64,000 nucleotides of DNA from Proteromonas lacertae (Eukaryota), in the NCBI GenBank assembly GCA_002245135.1, contig NGBS01000292.1, positions 1-64,000 on the forward strand, read 5' to 3'. The notes below the pieces were generated by a model that was not told where the DNA came from, searched no databases, and was given only the letters and a program-made list of their open reading frames with translations. How positions within the stretch are numbered: position 1 is the first letter of the stretch; each line of letters opens with the position of its first letter. A program made the translations under genes and the position numbers. Shown piece after piece: positions 23,825 through 37,687 of this stretch.

Positions 23825-23913
23825 ATGTGTATCAGTGTGTTAATAAGTGTATAGTGATTTTTCTTTCATTGTTTTTTGATTAAAAAAATATTAAAATAAA
23901 AACATAAAACACT

Positions 23914-24675
23914 CTAATACCTATTTTCAATAACAATTATAGGATTACTTCTTCTACTGCTAGTTGGAGCTATCCTATTACTTGTACTAGGTATTCTATT
24001 CTCTACTACAACTATTGGATCACTCCTTCTACTGCTGTTTGGATGAATTTCATTATTGTTATTTATATCTCTGTAATTATTGGTATTTTCCATTACAGTG
24101 AGTGGAGCTGTACTGCTACTGCTTGTACTACTCATTTCATTAACATTTATATGCCTTCTATCATCTTCATCATCCCATCTCTTTCTTAACACCTCATTTC
24201 CACTTTTATCGTATAAATCATCTTCTATTCTTTGAATCTATAAATCATAATTCATATATTTTATTATATATACAACCATTCCTGGTTTATATTGATGGAT
24301 TCTTGACATTACAATAGAAATTGATAAATTACGAATTGTTGTTATACCATTAGAATGCCTAATTTCACTTTCTTTGACTACTCTTCCAACCATTTTCTAT
24401 TATCATTAAAATATAAATATATATATAATATTATACTTTGCCTCTTTCTTTGAATAATATCAAATCACCAACAGATACATCTTTATAATCATCAATTGTA
24501 AATACATTCAAATTACTAACATAACTCTCATATTCATATAAAGTCTGAATTAATTTACTTTCACTCCAATTACTACCATTACAATTCACTCTAAATTCAT
24601 AACTATTGTTTGGTTTTAACTCTGATACACAATACATTGAAGTCTGTCCTTGATAACAAGTTCTCCAATTACATC

Positions 24676-24715
<40 letters not shown>

Positions 24716-27313
24716 TGTACATTTTATTATCCAGTATTGGACCTCTAATTTCTAAAGTATATACTTTATAACTGCTATTATTTGGACCTTCATAGTACCA
24801 TTTCAAATACACTTCATTAGAATTCAAATCAACTACAGATATTGAAGATGGAGCTAATGGTAATGTGTTGATATATATTGGTTTAGAGTAATAAGATCGA
24901 TTTACATTAGTTGCTAGTTGTAATGATATTTGGTATTTTGTATCTGGTTCTAATTCACTTAGTGTAACTGTACTTGAATATTTAGTAGTATATCTCTTCT
25001 TATCATCTCTTTTATTTACTGGAATTGCTTGGATATTGTATTTTACTTTACTACTCATTAACCAACTATTCATTTTATCAATATTTATTTCATTGTCTTT
25101 TACTAATTCATCTATTCCTTCATTCATTTGCTCTTCATCCATATCTAAACCAATTGAATGAATTACACTTTCAAAATCCTATAATAAACAACAATAATCA
25201 TAATAACTATACAGATGGATTAATATTTCCATTTTCATTTACATATGGCTGAACTACATTCTTTATTTCATAATCAATATCTCTACTCAAATTATAACCA
25301 GCCCAACCTGCAATCAACTCATTCAACCTCATTCCTTCCTTTAATTTTGTATCATTATCTTGTTTATTAAGATTCCTATATTCTTTTAGTTTCAATTTGA
25401 TTATATTTGATGTAACTGATGCTTCATTTAATAATTCTGGTGGATCTGGTTGTGGAAGTAAACTATATCCAGTCTATACATATAATAAGATATATATATA
25501 TACAAAGACTTTTCCTGGATTACTTATTTGACTATCAGTTCCTTTAATTCTAACTCTGAATTTGTAATAAGTTGATGGTTTTAAGTGATAAATTGTTGCA
25601 ATTGAATCTTCACCTTCATATTCAACTGCCCATTCATCTCTTTCAGCTGAAACACATCTTTCTAATAGGAATTTACCATTTCGGGGTAAGTAATTATCAT
25701 GACGAATACTATTATTTTTATTATTTTTATAATATATATATATACTATGGTGAACTGTATAAATAATCAGTAAGTTGTTGGTATGTGATACTATATGAAT
25801 CTAAAGCAGTCAATAAATCATATAATGAAAGTAAAATAACAATTAAAGAAAATAATATATGAGTATAAAGTAAAAGATATCTTTCTTGTTATGTATTATT
25901 CTATCCTTATTCAATCTAGGAGAAATCTTCTTAGGATAAATGTGAAGAAAGTAATCCATCACATCTGAATTACCATTAATCTCTTTAATAAAATCAGCTA
26001 AACACACTTCGTTTGAATTAGTAGTATCACATTTAATGAACAAATTATTCATTTGTGTTAATATATTTCTATATTCATTTCTTTTATCCCAACAGAGTTG
26101 AATAGAGAAGGATGTATTACTCATTAAGAATGGTGTTACTGGTGGTGGTAATGGTTCAGGTTGTGGATCTAAATATACATAATTACTTCTACCAGCAGCT
26201 ATATATTAATAAATTAAAATAACAATAACAATACTATTTATTGCAGATAATCTATATCTATATTGATGAAAACAATCTGCTTTTTCATGGAAATATATTC
26301 CTTCACTCAATTCATTGACTATTTATTTACATATATAATTCATAGTAATATATATACTATTTGGTGGATCTTTTATCACTTCTTCAAATCTTTTTGAGTT
26401 TAATGATTGAATCTCTAACACATAGAATAAAATAATATCATTCTCATTACTAGGCTTCCATCTATGCACAAAATAACTAAATATATATATATATACTTTA
26501 AAGTAAATGAATTGGTTCTATTCTCACCTGCAAAATCACCAGGTTTATATGAAAACTTAGGTGGATTTGGTTTATTACACTAATTATAATAACAATTATA
26601 TAATATATACAGATGCAAACTTAGCTTCAATAACTTCAGTTTTTAGTTGTTTTAATGCAATTTGATGTAATATTTCTAATGATTTAACTTTATCTTCTTG
26701 TGTTGATTTACAAGCTTCACATTGTTTTGGTCTTTCCATTTGAATCTGATGACATTCATCTACAAATGGATTTACTCGTCTTAATTTATGATCTTTCATT
26801 TCAGTTTTTCCATCATAATCAAAAGCTCTATTCATCCCACATAAGTGACAAACAAATTTCCATTTACATATTTTATCAATTCTGTTTTTATGTGGATATA
26901 AACCAATATATTGTAATATCTTATAGGCATAAATTCTTTTTTCTTTTCCTTTATTAAACAAACTATAAATCATCTCTTTATCACTTTTAATGAAATTACA
27001 ATTGATCTTTTTTAACCATAAATCAAATTCTTCATATTTCAATTTATATAATGTATCTTTACTTGTAAATTCATTACCATCATCATCTTCTTCTTCATTA
27101 TCATCCTTATCTTCCATTTCACTACATTCTCTCATGCACTTTCTTAACTTCTTTAACACATATAATAATGATACTGGCTCTTCATCTTCACCTCTTGTTT
27201 CTTTTTCTCTCACAATTGGTAGGAATAATTCAGCTAAATGTAATAGACAATTATTTGTATAATAAAAGAAATGTTGTAGTAAAAGACGAGTTGGTGTTGA
27301 TATATGATGAATC

Positions 27314-27348
<35 letters not shown>

Positions 27349-27426
27349 TACATCACAAGCTACTGGAGGTAACATATCCCAAACTGCATGGCTTAGATGA
27401 TTACTATATCTTATACTACTCCAATC

Positions 27427-27460
<34 letters not shown>

Positions 27461-29465
27461 ATAATATACATCTCCTTCTAATGATGCATCAATTGTTTTT
27501 AAATTTTCACCAACAATTTTCCACAAATGCATCATTCTATACACAATAATAATATATTTAACAAATAATATATACTCATCTTCATCTTCAGAAAACTGAT
27601 AAGCTTTTAATTTATATATTCTCTTGGAAGGTGGTAAATTAATTCTACTTAGATAGAATCTAGCTTGTTCAATATAGTATTTATTATTCTTCCATTGTCT
27701 ATAGTTATCGTCTATCATTGGCTGAATCTCACTGAGTTCTTTTTGTTTAATATCATACATATATTGCTATATAAAACAAATAATATAATATAATATAGTT
27801 ACTTCAACAGATAGTTTAACCTTCTTTGGATTACTATATACAAATCCTTCCCACATTTTATAATTATCAGCAAACTTCTCATCTATTGCCTGTTGATCTA
27901 CCATATGTTCATTCACTTCAGCATCGTATATCCAATCTAATAGTTGAGTTTGACCATGTTTGTTCAAATAAGGAATACGAGCATGAGCTAATAATAATAT
28001 TATAATAATAGTATATATATATATATATATACGATCCATTTCTTCTAATATTTTTGATACTTCTTGAGTTTTCTTTAAATATAATTTCTTCGTTTTCATA
28101 GTAATGATAGAATTCATTATTCTTTCATTATTAGATGCTAAATGATATATAATAATAATAATAATCTATCTTAATACGCGGTCTTAATGAATATTTCAAA
28201 TTCCTCAATATATATTTACCATTTGCTTTTGGATCATTCAATTCATAAAATTGCATTTCTCTTCCATTTGCATTGAATTGATAGTAAATGTTCTTAGACA
28301 CTTCCACATCAACACATGGTAAAAACTGTCTTGCCATTATCACAAAACTATCTCCTAAGGACTTAATTTCACAATCACATTGAGAACGAAAAGTGCCCTA
28401 ATAATATAATAATATATATACTTTACAGTTTATACATCCTCTACACATTATACATTTCTTTGCTGAACATTTACACACATCGACGAATCTAAATACATTG
28501 TGTTTTTCATCTGTACAATATACTGGACAATCGCATGTCTTCCATAATCCATATCGAAAATCAATACAAACCAAACATTCAGCAAGCTAAAGAAAAATAA
28601 ATTCAATAATTAGAAAAAAATAAAAAAAATAGTGAATTATAAATATATATATATATATATATATACTTCTTCACATGTAATGTTGTATGGCTGAAAATAT
28701 TCATTTCCTTCCTTCTTACATAATGTTTCAAGTAATTTCAAAGTATCATTGTGTAATATTTTATTAACTAACCATTGGTCAAATGCAGATTTCTCTTTCT
28801 TTCTTCGTTCTTGATATTCTACTTCTTGTTGTCGGATTTCGGGTGAAAAATTGTAGAATTCGTTGAAATGGAATATGAACTTCATCTACTTCATCTTTTG
28901 GTAATGGGCTTTTGAGAATAAATTTTGGCTTTTTGGGTGGATCTGGTCCTCTAAAACTCTAATTATATATATACATATAATATAGAAATACAACAGATTT
29001 AATTGCTGGGGGTATTTTATCTTGTTCAACCTAAGTAAATATTATTATTATTAATACAGTATCTACACGAATTGGAGGTATGTACTACAATATATATATA
29101 TATATCAATATATTTGCTATTATACAGTATTAAAAAGAGAATTTTGGTAAGCTGGAGGAACAGTTATTGGGGATGTGGAACGTTCATCCTAATAAATAAT
29201 AAAATCACAAATATACTTGTGTTATTGGTCTAGTTGGTAATCTAAGTATATCATTCTACAAAATAACATAAATATAGCTTACTTCGTTTGAAACAGTAAC
29301 ACTGTATATATCTGGAGTTAGTGTTTTCTAAATATTCCTTATCAGAAATACTATACTGTAAAAGTAGTTGAAGTAACAGCTGTGTCCTATATGAATAACA
29401 CATATTGAATATACTATGCTTCCTTCTTCTCTTACTGAGCTATTTCCAAAGTGTGAACTTCTCAT
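23914..29465 (-). CDS. Large intron-rich protein with fibronectin type III repeats, an EF-hand and Cys-rich segments
   Basis: FN3 motifs (LSELEPDTKYQISL, VYLKW, VSELKPNNSYEFRV); EF-hand CDTTNSNEVCLADF; more than 20 short introns; one apparent +1 frameshift near 28868. Confidence 0.7.
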
Positions 29466-29537
29466 TTCAACAAAAACAAAAATCAGTTTTTAAAATAGAA
29501 ACGAATTTATTTTTTATTAATTTTTGTTTTTTCAACT

Positions 29538-31904
29538 ATGGCTGTTGAAAAGTATATGAAGAGGTTTAGAGATTTGAAACCGATTCCACTACTGACTGGA
29601 ATTGATAATGTATAGTTTGTATATTATTTTATTAGACTCTTGAAGAATCAGATCCTTTAAATGCTAAAGAAAGATTAGAAAAAGATAAATTCAAAAGAAC
29701 CATTGCAGTATATATTACTGTATGATATACTAGAATCGACCGTTATCTGATGTTTTATATAAACACCCAGTACTAACACCAAAGAAATACATAGACGTGT
29801 ATAAATTGAAAATTGTTATTATTGTAGAACTTCAGTAGAATCACCAACACAAGAATCAGTAATTGTCACTTACACACCCAAACCTCCAGTTACTTTAAAT
29901 TTAAAATATAAGCAACTATGTAGTCCTATAAGAGGTGTATGGCTTGCATCAACAAACAAACAAATCATAGATGAAGCTCCAATAAACTTAGAAAAAGGAT
30001 TAATAACAAAAGAAGTGAAATTAAATGGAGAAGGTTTTTCAAAATCCTTTTTAGAAATGAACTACAGTACTCCAGATGATAACTATGCAACACATTTACT
30101 ACAGAAATTGGATGAATTAATAAAGAATAAAACTGAATATGAAACTAAAGATGATGCTAGAAAACACTTGTTAAAAGATGTTAGAGTATAATGATAATAA
30201 TAATTTGTTTATTTTTATAGTCAATAATCCAAAAGAGACTACAAACACCAATATACGAACCAACACCACGATTTGAATATCCTCATTACTTATGTGAAAG
30301 AAATCAAAGAAAAGAAAGAATATATAAGAAGAAAGGAAATGGTGTGAAAAAGATCAATAGGCATAGGGTATCTATATTAGAAGAACCACCACTCATATTG
30401 CCACCATCCTATAGAGAACTTCAAAATGCAGAAATGAATCTGAATATGGGTGGAGAAGATAGAAGAATCAGTATAATGTCTGATATATCTCACATCACTG
30501 CAATAACTACACCAAAATCCCCCTGTAGACGAAGATCATCTAGAATGGGAAGAAGAAGAAGTATATTTGAAGCAAGAATACCTGATCTTACTACAGTTGA
30601 GAATGTATTTAATTCATATAAGAATGTTGAAGATGTTGGTTTAACTTCTCATAATTTTCCATTAGCTTTAGCAAGTGTATTGAAGAAACCTTTAAATCCA
30701 AAGTTTAACTATTTATTTACAGGATTTGATACAGTATTTATATATTAATTTATAATTTTATTTGTAATGTAATAGATGCATAATAATTGTGTAACTTTAT
30801 CTGAATTTGTACAAGGATTAAAAGCAATTTATTCAAGAGATCTTAATGCAAGATTAGAGTTTGTATTTCAAATGTTTGATACAGATAAAGATGGAGAAGT
30901 AACAATAGATAATATGATTTATATATTTAAAGATCATTTAGAGAAAGAACTTACTGATGTTATTGTGTTTAGTTATTTTCTGTTCAGTGGTTTAGATTGT
31001 GAACATAATGGATCAGTTTCTATTCAAGAGTTTATAGATGGATGTCAAGAAAATAATGTAAGTAATTATTATGAGTTATGTTATTTGAATAGATATTAGT
31101 GTTTTGTTTTTTAGAATTAATGCCACAAGTAGCAGTGTATTTTATATAGATGTATCTATTTATTATAATAGTCCAACTTATCAAGTCTATTTTACATGGG
31201 ATGATGTTTATCGAATTTGGCATGGTTTATTAGATTTAGGTATAATTTATTATTCATTCTATTAATGTTTATATAGCCAAAGATGTAAGTATTGAAGGAG
31301 TTGATATTAGTGGATTTCATACAATTATGATAAATATATTCCATCAAACAAATAGAGAGATTAATAACAATATATTTCATCTGTTTGATAAAAGTGGAGA
31401 TGGTTATTTATCATTAGTTGAATTATTAAAGTATATATTATAATAATTATTTATATTAGAGGATTTTCATCACTTATCTATGGAACAATGGATATAAAAG
31501 CAAGATCTTATTTCAAAATCTTCAATATTCATAATGATGAATCAATCAAAATTAACGAATTGGAAGATACACTTGTAACAATGAAATCGTTCAAAGAAGA
31601 TGAATTATTTATTACCTCTCTGGTTAGTGAATTAGATAAAGATGGAGATGGTGAAATCACAGAAGATGAGTTTTATGATGTTGCTTATAATCATTGTGAT
31701 TGGATGGAAGGTTTTAATGATTGTATTTTTGGTTCATATTTAAAAATACATGGTGGTAAATACACTCCAATAAATAACAATGTTATATCATTAAAATCAA
31801 ATAAAACTCAAAGTAAGAAAAGACCAAGAAGTAGATTTGAAATATTGAAAAAGAATAATAGAATTCCATCGCCATTATCATTACCTCCAACTCCAGTTCC
31901 ATAA
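29538..31904 (+). CDS. Multi-EF-hand calcium sensor (calcineurin B/NCS-like repeats) with a long N-terminal extension
   Basis: FQMFDTDKDGEVT, LDCEHNGSVSIQEF, FDKSGDGYLSLVEL, LDKDGDGEITEDEF; short GT-AG introns. Confidence 0.85.
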
Positions 31905-32739
31905 ATACTAAGTTAATATTTATTTTTTAAATGTATATAAATGTATATTCTTAACAATAACAAACTGCTTAAATTATGATTATTTTTTACATTATGATGT
32001 TTTCTACAATCTTTTATGATAGAATTAACCAATCTCACTTGATGAGTGTTATTTACATCTATAAATGCATTTAAGCAGAAAGCTCCATATTTATTTAGAC
32101 TATTTTTGATGAAAGTTATATGATTGAGGTGATAAGCTTAAAAGTTTCAATTTAGCTATAACATGATAGCCTATATACCATTTATATTGCAGTTATGCAA
32201 TATATACCCCCCAAAAAAATAAAGAAGAAAAAAGTAAAAGTGCATAAATAACACCATTGTTTTCCTAACACTTAAGCTTAGATGAAAAAGGACAAAGGAC
32301 AGGAAAGAAAAACAATATAAATAATAGATTATAACTTGATATTAAAACTAATTTAATTCACTTTCTGAAAAATTTTAATTCACAATATGTAATTTTAACA
32401 TTCTGTTCTTCTTCTTTCTGTGGTGTATATGGAATAGATAGAATAGCTTGTTGCTGTTGGGGAAGATATGATATTATTGGAATTTATTCATTATTATAAA
32501 TTCCATATAATGATTGATATTTACATACAACAATCTGATTATTCTACCTATTGCATTTGGATTAATTTGTAGGCAATCAGTACCATTCCACTTTCTTGGT
32601 AATATTCATAAACCAATATAGATATTTCATAAATGATGTAATATATTACAATATCTATGAAATCATTCCACTCTTTTTTATCTTCCATTTTCTTCACATA
32701 TCCACCCACATCTACATTAGAAATGTATTTATTCTTTTT

Positions 32740-32933
32740 CATATAATTTGTATTCTATTTTTATCATTGCTCCATATTTCGATGGATCTGATATACAAAT
32801 TACAACAGGCTTGTATTTCAGTATTTAAACATTTATCATAACTCATTTAAATATTCTTAGTTCTGGCTATTTTTAAGGCAATTTCTCCAATATTGCAAGA
32901 TTGATTTACTAATGCTCTAATTATCTCTAACAT
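32740..32933 (-). pseudogene. Degenerate OTU-deubiquitinase-like fragment
   Basis: Reads MLEIIRALVNQ...NI*MSYDKCLNTEIQACCNLYIRSIEIWS; compare PEIQACCELYNRPAEIWA in the OTU gene at 62.2 kb; contains in-frame stops. Confidence 0.5.
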
Positions 32934-33112
32934 GGTTGTTTTGCTGATGTTATTTGCTCTAATTAGCGAGAAAGAGGGATTAATATTCAGACAAAACGAC
33001 TATTTTAATTGAAATCTTTCGATTTTGGTTTTCTCGATAAGGTAATAGATAAAGTGATATTTTAAAAAACAACAGCTAGTTGAGTTTTTTTATATATATA
33101 TTATTTTTTTCA

Positions 33113-35890
33113 TCAGTGAATTCTGGACTTACATACTTTACATAGAGTATTAGTAGCTATTAATATATAATATAATATATATACTAGTACGACAACAACT
33201 CTTTGTTTGTATATTGTTGTTAATTTCATCTATTTTCATTTTGTCTATGTCTTTGTTTCATTAATATAACTTTCTTCTATATATATATTCTCTTTGAGAT
33301 TCTTCCATTCCTCCTTAACAGTTTTCTTTGTTTTCATTTTCCCACTATTCTTAATAATATTATCAAGTATTTTAAAATCATGTTTCATTTCTTTTGTTTC
33401 CACTTCATCAGGTATTATTTCTATTGTTGAATTTGCGATTCTCTTTTGTAATACAAGTGGTTTATTGAAATCTTTGTAATCTTTTAATCTATCAGATTTT
33501 TTGTTCTTCATATTATAAGTACAATATCTTAATCTTTTCGACTTTATTGATATAGCTATTTTCTGTGGTTTATAATCTACTTCTTCATCTTTATCTAATA
33601 AGTACATTTCATCCCAATTGTAATTTCTTTTCATTTCCTCTATCATTTTGTCTTTAAATATTCCATATTCTACAAAACCAGTATCACCATTTTCAAGTTG
33701 TGTGGTTACTTTATCATGTTCATATGCAATGAATACAATATTGAATATTGGATTACATTTCTCTAATTCAGCATAAATATCCTTCATTTTAGTATCTTTT
33801 TTATTTAATTCTTTATCGATTGACTATAACAATGATAATAATCATATAATATATACTTCTATAATTTCATTCTTCATGCCTTCTTTATCATTATCATTTT
33901 TCTTATCATTATATATCACATCAATCAAGTAATCATCTAAGTCATGTAATAGTCTTTCATCATTTATTTTTTCTTTCACTTTAGTGTTTTTTATATCAAG
34001 ATTATCTATTAATTTACGTATTTCATTTTTCTTTCTCAATTGTGTTAAATCAATATTATCATCATCACCACTAATTTCCCCTTTCTTTTCTACGCTATCA
34101 TTGCTCATCACATCGTTATTTAGTTTTATTCTTTTTCTCTTTGATTCATCCCATCTGTTTGTGTATTATCCAGTTTTCTTTTTTGATTCATTCCTTCACT
34201 TGTTAATTTTGAAATATTTTCTTCACCTACTAGTTGTAGTAGTTCATTGAAAATATTTTTATCACTATCCATTACATTCAAAAATAGTTTTTCTTCTTTT
34301 TCTTTATCATACATATCATATACAATCTTTTCCTCCCCATTATCATCAGTATATGTGTATTGTATTTCTCTATTGTAAAGTTCATTAATTAAAAACTATA
34401 GAATTATATAACATCAATATTATACATAACTTTCACATAATGTTTTCTTTACATAATTCATACTATCTATTAATTCTTTCTTTTTCTTCTGAGGAATATA
34501 TCCATTAATATATAGCGCTTTTGCAAGAATCTCTTTATCTTTTATTTTCCTCATATTATAGATTATTTCTGTTTTATGTTTACTATATAACATCTATTAA
34601 ATATAAATAACATAATAATATAATAAATACATTGAGAAATGCAATTACAGTATCATTTGTTGGATGATTCTTCGTGATTGTCATTTGTACTGCAGATATA
34701 AAGCATTTGTTAATAATACATCCATCAATTGCTGGAAAACCATTTATCTGACCAAAATCTACATAAATACAATCAACACTCTTTGCTTTACCATTCTCTA
34801 AACATTTAAATCTTTCATCTGAATCAAGATACTCAAGAAAATCATCCATATCTATATAACTAAACGTATTTTTAGGTAAATAAAGGGATAATATATCGTT
34901 TAGTTGAATAACATTTCTATATGAATTATCTTCAAAAATAATATGACACAATCTTTCAAACAACTTTCCATCTCTCTGATTTAATATCTTTCTTTTCAAA
35001 TTCATCATATAAATCTCTGTAATATTTACTATCATAAAAATAATGACTCAACATATATTTTTCTATTTCTGGAGATATATATTTTAATCTATCAGGTATA
35101 ATATTAAATTGGTTTGTATCATATATAAATAATTTTTCTTCATAAAAAGGTGGAACATATAATGGTAAATTCTTTCCATAATTATCTATTCCGTCTATAT
35201 TTGTAACATATTCTTCAATTCCTGTATGTTCTTTAACTACACTTAAATTGTATCCATAAGCAATTGCTTCAGATAATATTTTCTCTTTTTTTTTACCATC
35301 TATACCATACTCTTTAATAATTGTATCTAATTCATTTTTACTGAATTGAGGTATATAAAATCGTATTGCAGCACGTTTATTTGATATGAATTTGTACTTA
35401 TTTGCTTGTGGAGAACTTATCATAATTATTACAGCAGCATCACTAAAATCATCCTCTCTTATCAGTTCATTGTCGCTTATTATTATTGTATCGGTTTTAA
35501 AATCAGGAATAGCATTATTTTTTACATAGAATCTATGAGTATTTGCTATTCTGTAATAATACATGTTCTTTTCATTTTCACCAAAAACCACTATATTGTA
35601 TTTATCAAACTCTGGATCATTGTTTAAACAATAGCATATAAAACAGCATAAGGTGGATTTACCAACATCTTTATTACCATACACTAGAAAGCATTTTTGA
35701 AATCTCTGTAAAACCGCATTATCTTTATTCTTCATAATTATCTTTTTATTTCGTTAAAAATATCTACATAACAATCTCTCACCAACACGAAGTAATTATC
35801 ATTACAATGTTTCAATGAGTAACACCCCTCTTTTTTTCTTAATTCAAACCCATTTATTAGATTATATTTTATGTTATAATCAAAATCCAT
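33113..35890 (-). pseudogene. Crinkler/RHS-type P-loop NTPase plus PD-(D/E)xK restriction-endonuclease-like gene, frameshifted
   Basis: LVRDCY, Walker A YGNKDVGKS, IMISSP, FYIPQFSKNEL, GKLFE, GFPAIDG, VQMTITKNHP; frame breaks at about 35745, at 34970 and further 3'. Confidence 0.75.
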
Positions 35891-36095
35891 TTCAATTCAG
35901 AATTAGATAACTATACGTTTCATTAATCTATAATTTTCAAATGATTCTTTTCACTCAAATCATAGGCTTGTTATAAAATTAATGTATAGTTATTATTGAA
36001 AATTGTCTATAAAGTGTATTAACTGATTAATATCTCATTAACTAATATAACATTTTAAAATGAAAATAATTCTTATAAATTCATTTTAATTACAT

Positions 36096-37646
36096 TTATT
36101 CAAATAATCTCTGATTCCAGTTTCTAACAACATGAATTTGAACTTTCAAAGCAGATATACACATCTTTCGATCAATCTCCTTCACTATCTCATGCTCTTT
36201 ACCAAACAATTTAATAAACAAGTCTTTCGCTCTGCCATAATGTCCTGTTACAGTTTCCCATTTCACTCCTTTCCCTAAATTATCAATAACTGTTCTATTC
36301 TCTCGAAAAAATGGAGGAATCTTAATGGCTTTAACATTGCTCATACTTTCTATATAATCTTCTTCTAAAACATCATTAAATTGACCTCCTAGAAAACAAA
36401 ATCCATCATCAGCCATTTCTAAGTATAAATTCGCCAATAAATGATTCGGAACTTTTGTTATATTCTCAATTATACTTATACGGAATTGACAACATAAATA
36501 ACATAACATAAATCTTTGTCTTGTTTCTTCACTCATTCCCATTCTGAACAAATCGTGAAATATCGAATAGAAAGTTAAGAATATATAATGTTTAGGTGAA
36601 TATAATGCAATACATTCAACATATAAATCACTCAATTTATTGATCTTTTCTGGAGTTAATAAGGAAAAATTTTGATTATAATCTCTCACAATATTAACTA
36701 CTTCTTCTTCTCTCTTTATTAACTTATCCACTGTAAAATCACTCTTTCTACATACATCACATTCCTCACATTCATTTTTATCATTTACTGCGATATTTCC
36801 TTTTATACAATTACATTTATAATAACGTACAATTGGAGCACTTTTACATATATCACATTTACATTCAAAGAACCGAGTTTTATGGTAATACTCTTGACGA
36901 TATTTTGTTGGTAAAAACATATACTCATAATTATAACAGTGACTTATTTCTGAACCTGCTTTGATATCAACCAAGGATCTTACAGATAATAGATAATTCT
37001 CATTATCCATTACTACACAGTTGCTGTTTGGTATGCATGAATGAGAGATTGTACAACCAAGGGGATATAATGCGACAACAGTGTTGTTAGTATCACCAAA
37101 GGCATTGGCTAAAGTGATTAAATACACTTGAAGTAATTTATCGATTGATTCTGATGTCTTAGCTTACTAATTTTAAAATGTTAAGACAATCAGTTAGATA
37201 TGCTTTAAGCTCAGATGAGATTGTTGGACAGAAGAATGCTAATAAACGGTTCTATATATTAAAGTTACTAAATATACTTTCGTTGGCTCATCTTCTTTCA
37301 AAAATTGAAGAATTGCTGCAATTCCATCATCACTGAATTGATACTCCTCTGATTTTATTTCCGATGTTTTTTCAACTATATTTGTAATTTCTTGTGTAAA
37401 CTCGGATTTCTTGGCAAGCAACAAAGGAGGTTCATAAAAAATAGGCTCACCTCCTGCAATATCCTTTTTAGCAACTATAATCCTTCCCTTTTCTTCAGAA
37501 GTAGATAATGTCCAAGATGGAGCTACACAATGAGTTTTATGGTCTTTCCAATCCTTCTTTTGACAGTCCTGGGAGCAATAAAAAGAAGTCACACATCTAG
37601 TGCAACGTGACTTTGCTAGTTTCTTACAACAACAACAAACTTCCAT
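36096..37646 (-). CDS. SMYD-like MYND zinc finger and SET domain lysine methyltransferase
   Basis: CCCC...CTRC...YCSQDCQKKDWKDHKTHC (MYND); KGRIIVA, SHSCIPN, GSEISHCY, FECKCDIC (SET/post-SET); introns of 26 nt and 25 nt. Confidence 0.9.
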
Positions 37647-37687
37647 ATAAAAAAATAATCCGTTTCGTAATTAAAAAAGAATAAATT

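Noticed and set aside
37163..37188. Apparent frameshift and stop in the SMYD gene
   Set aside because: Resolved by a 25-nt intron GTCTTAACATTTTAAAATTAGTAAG that restores the frame (DSKTSESIDK).
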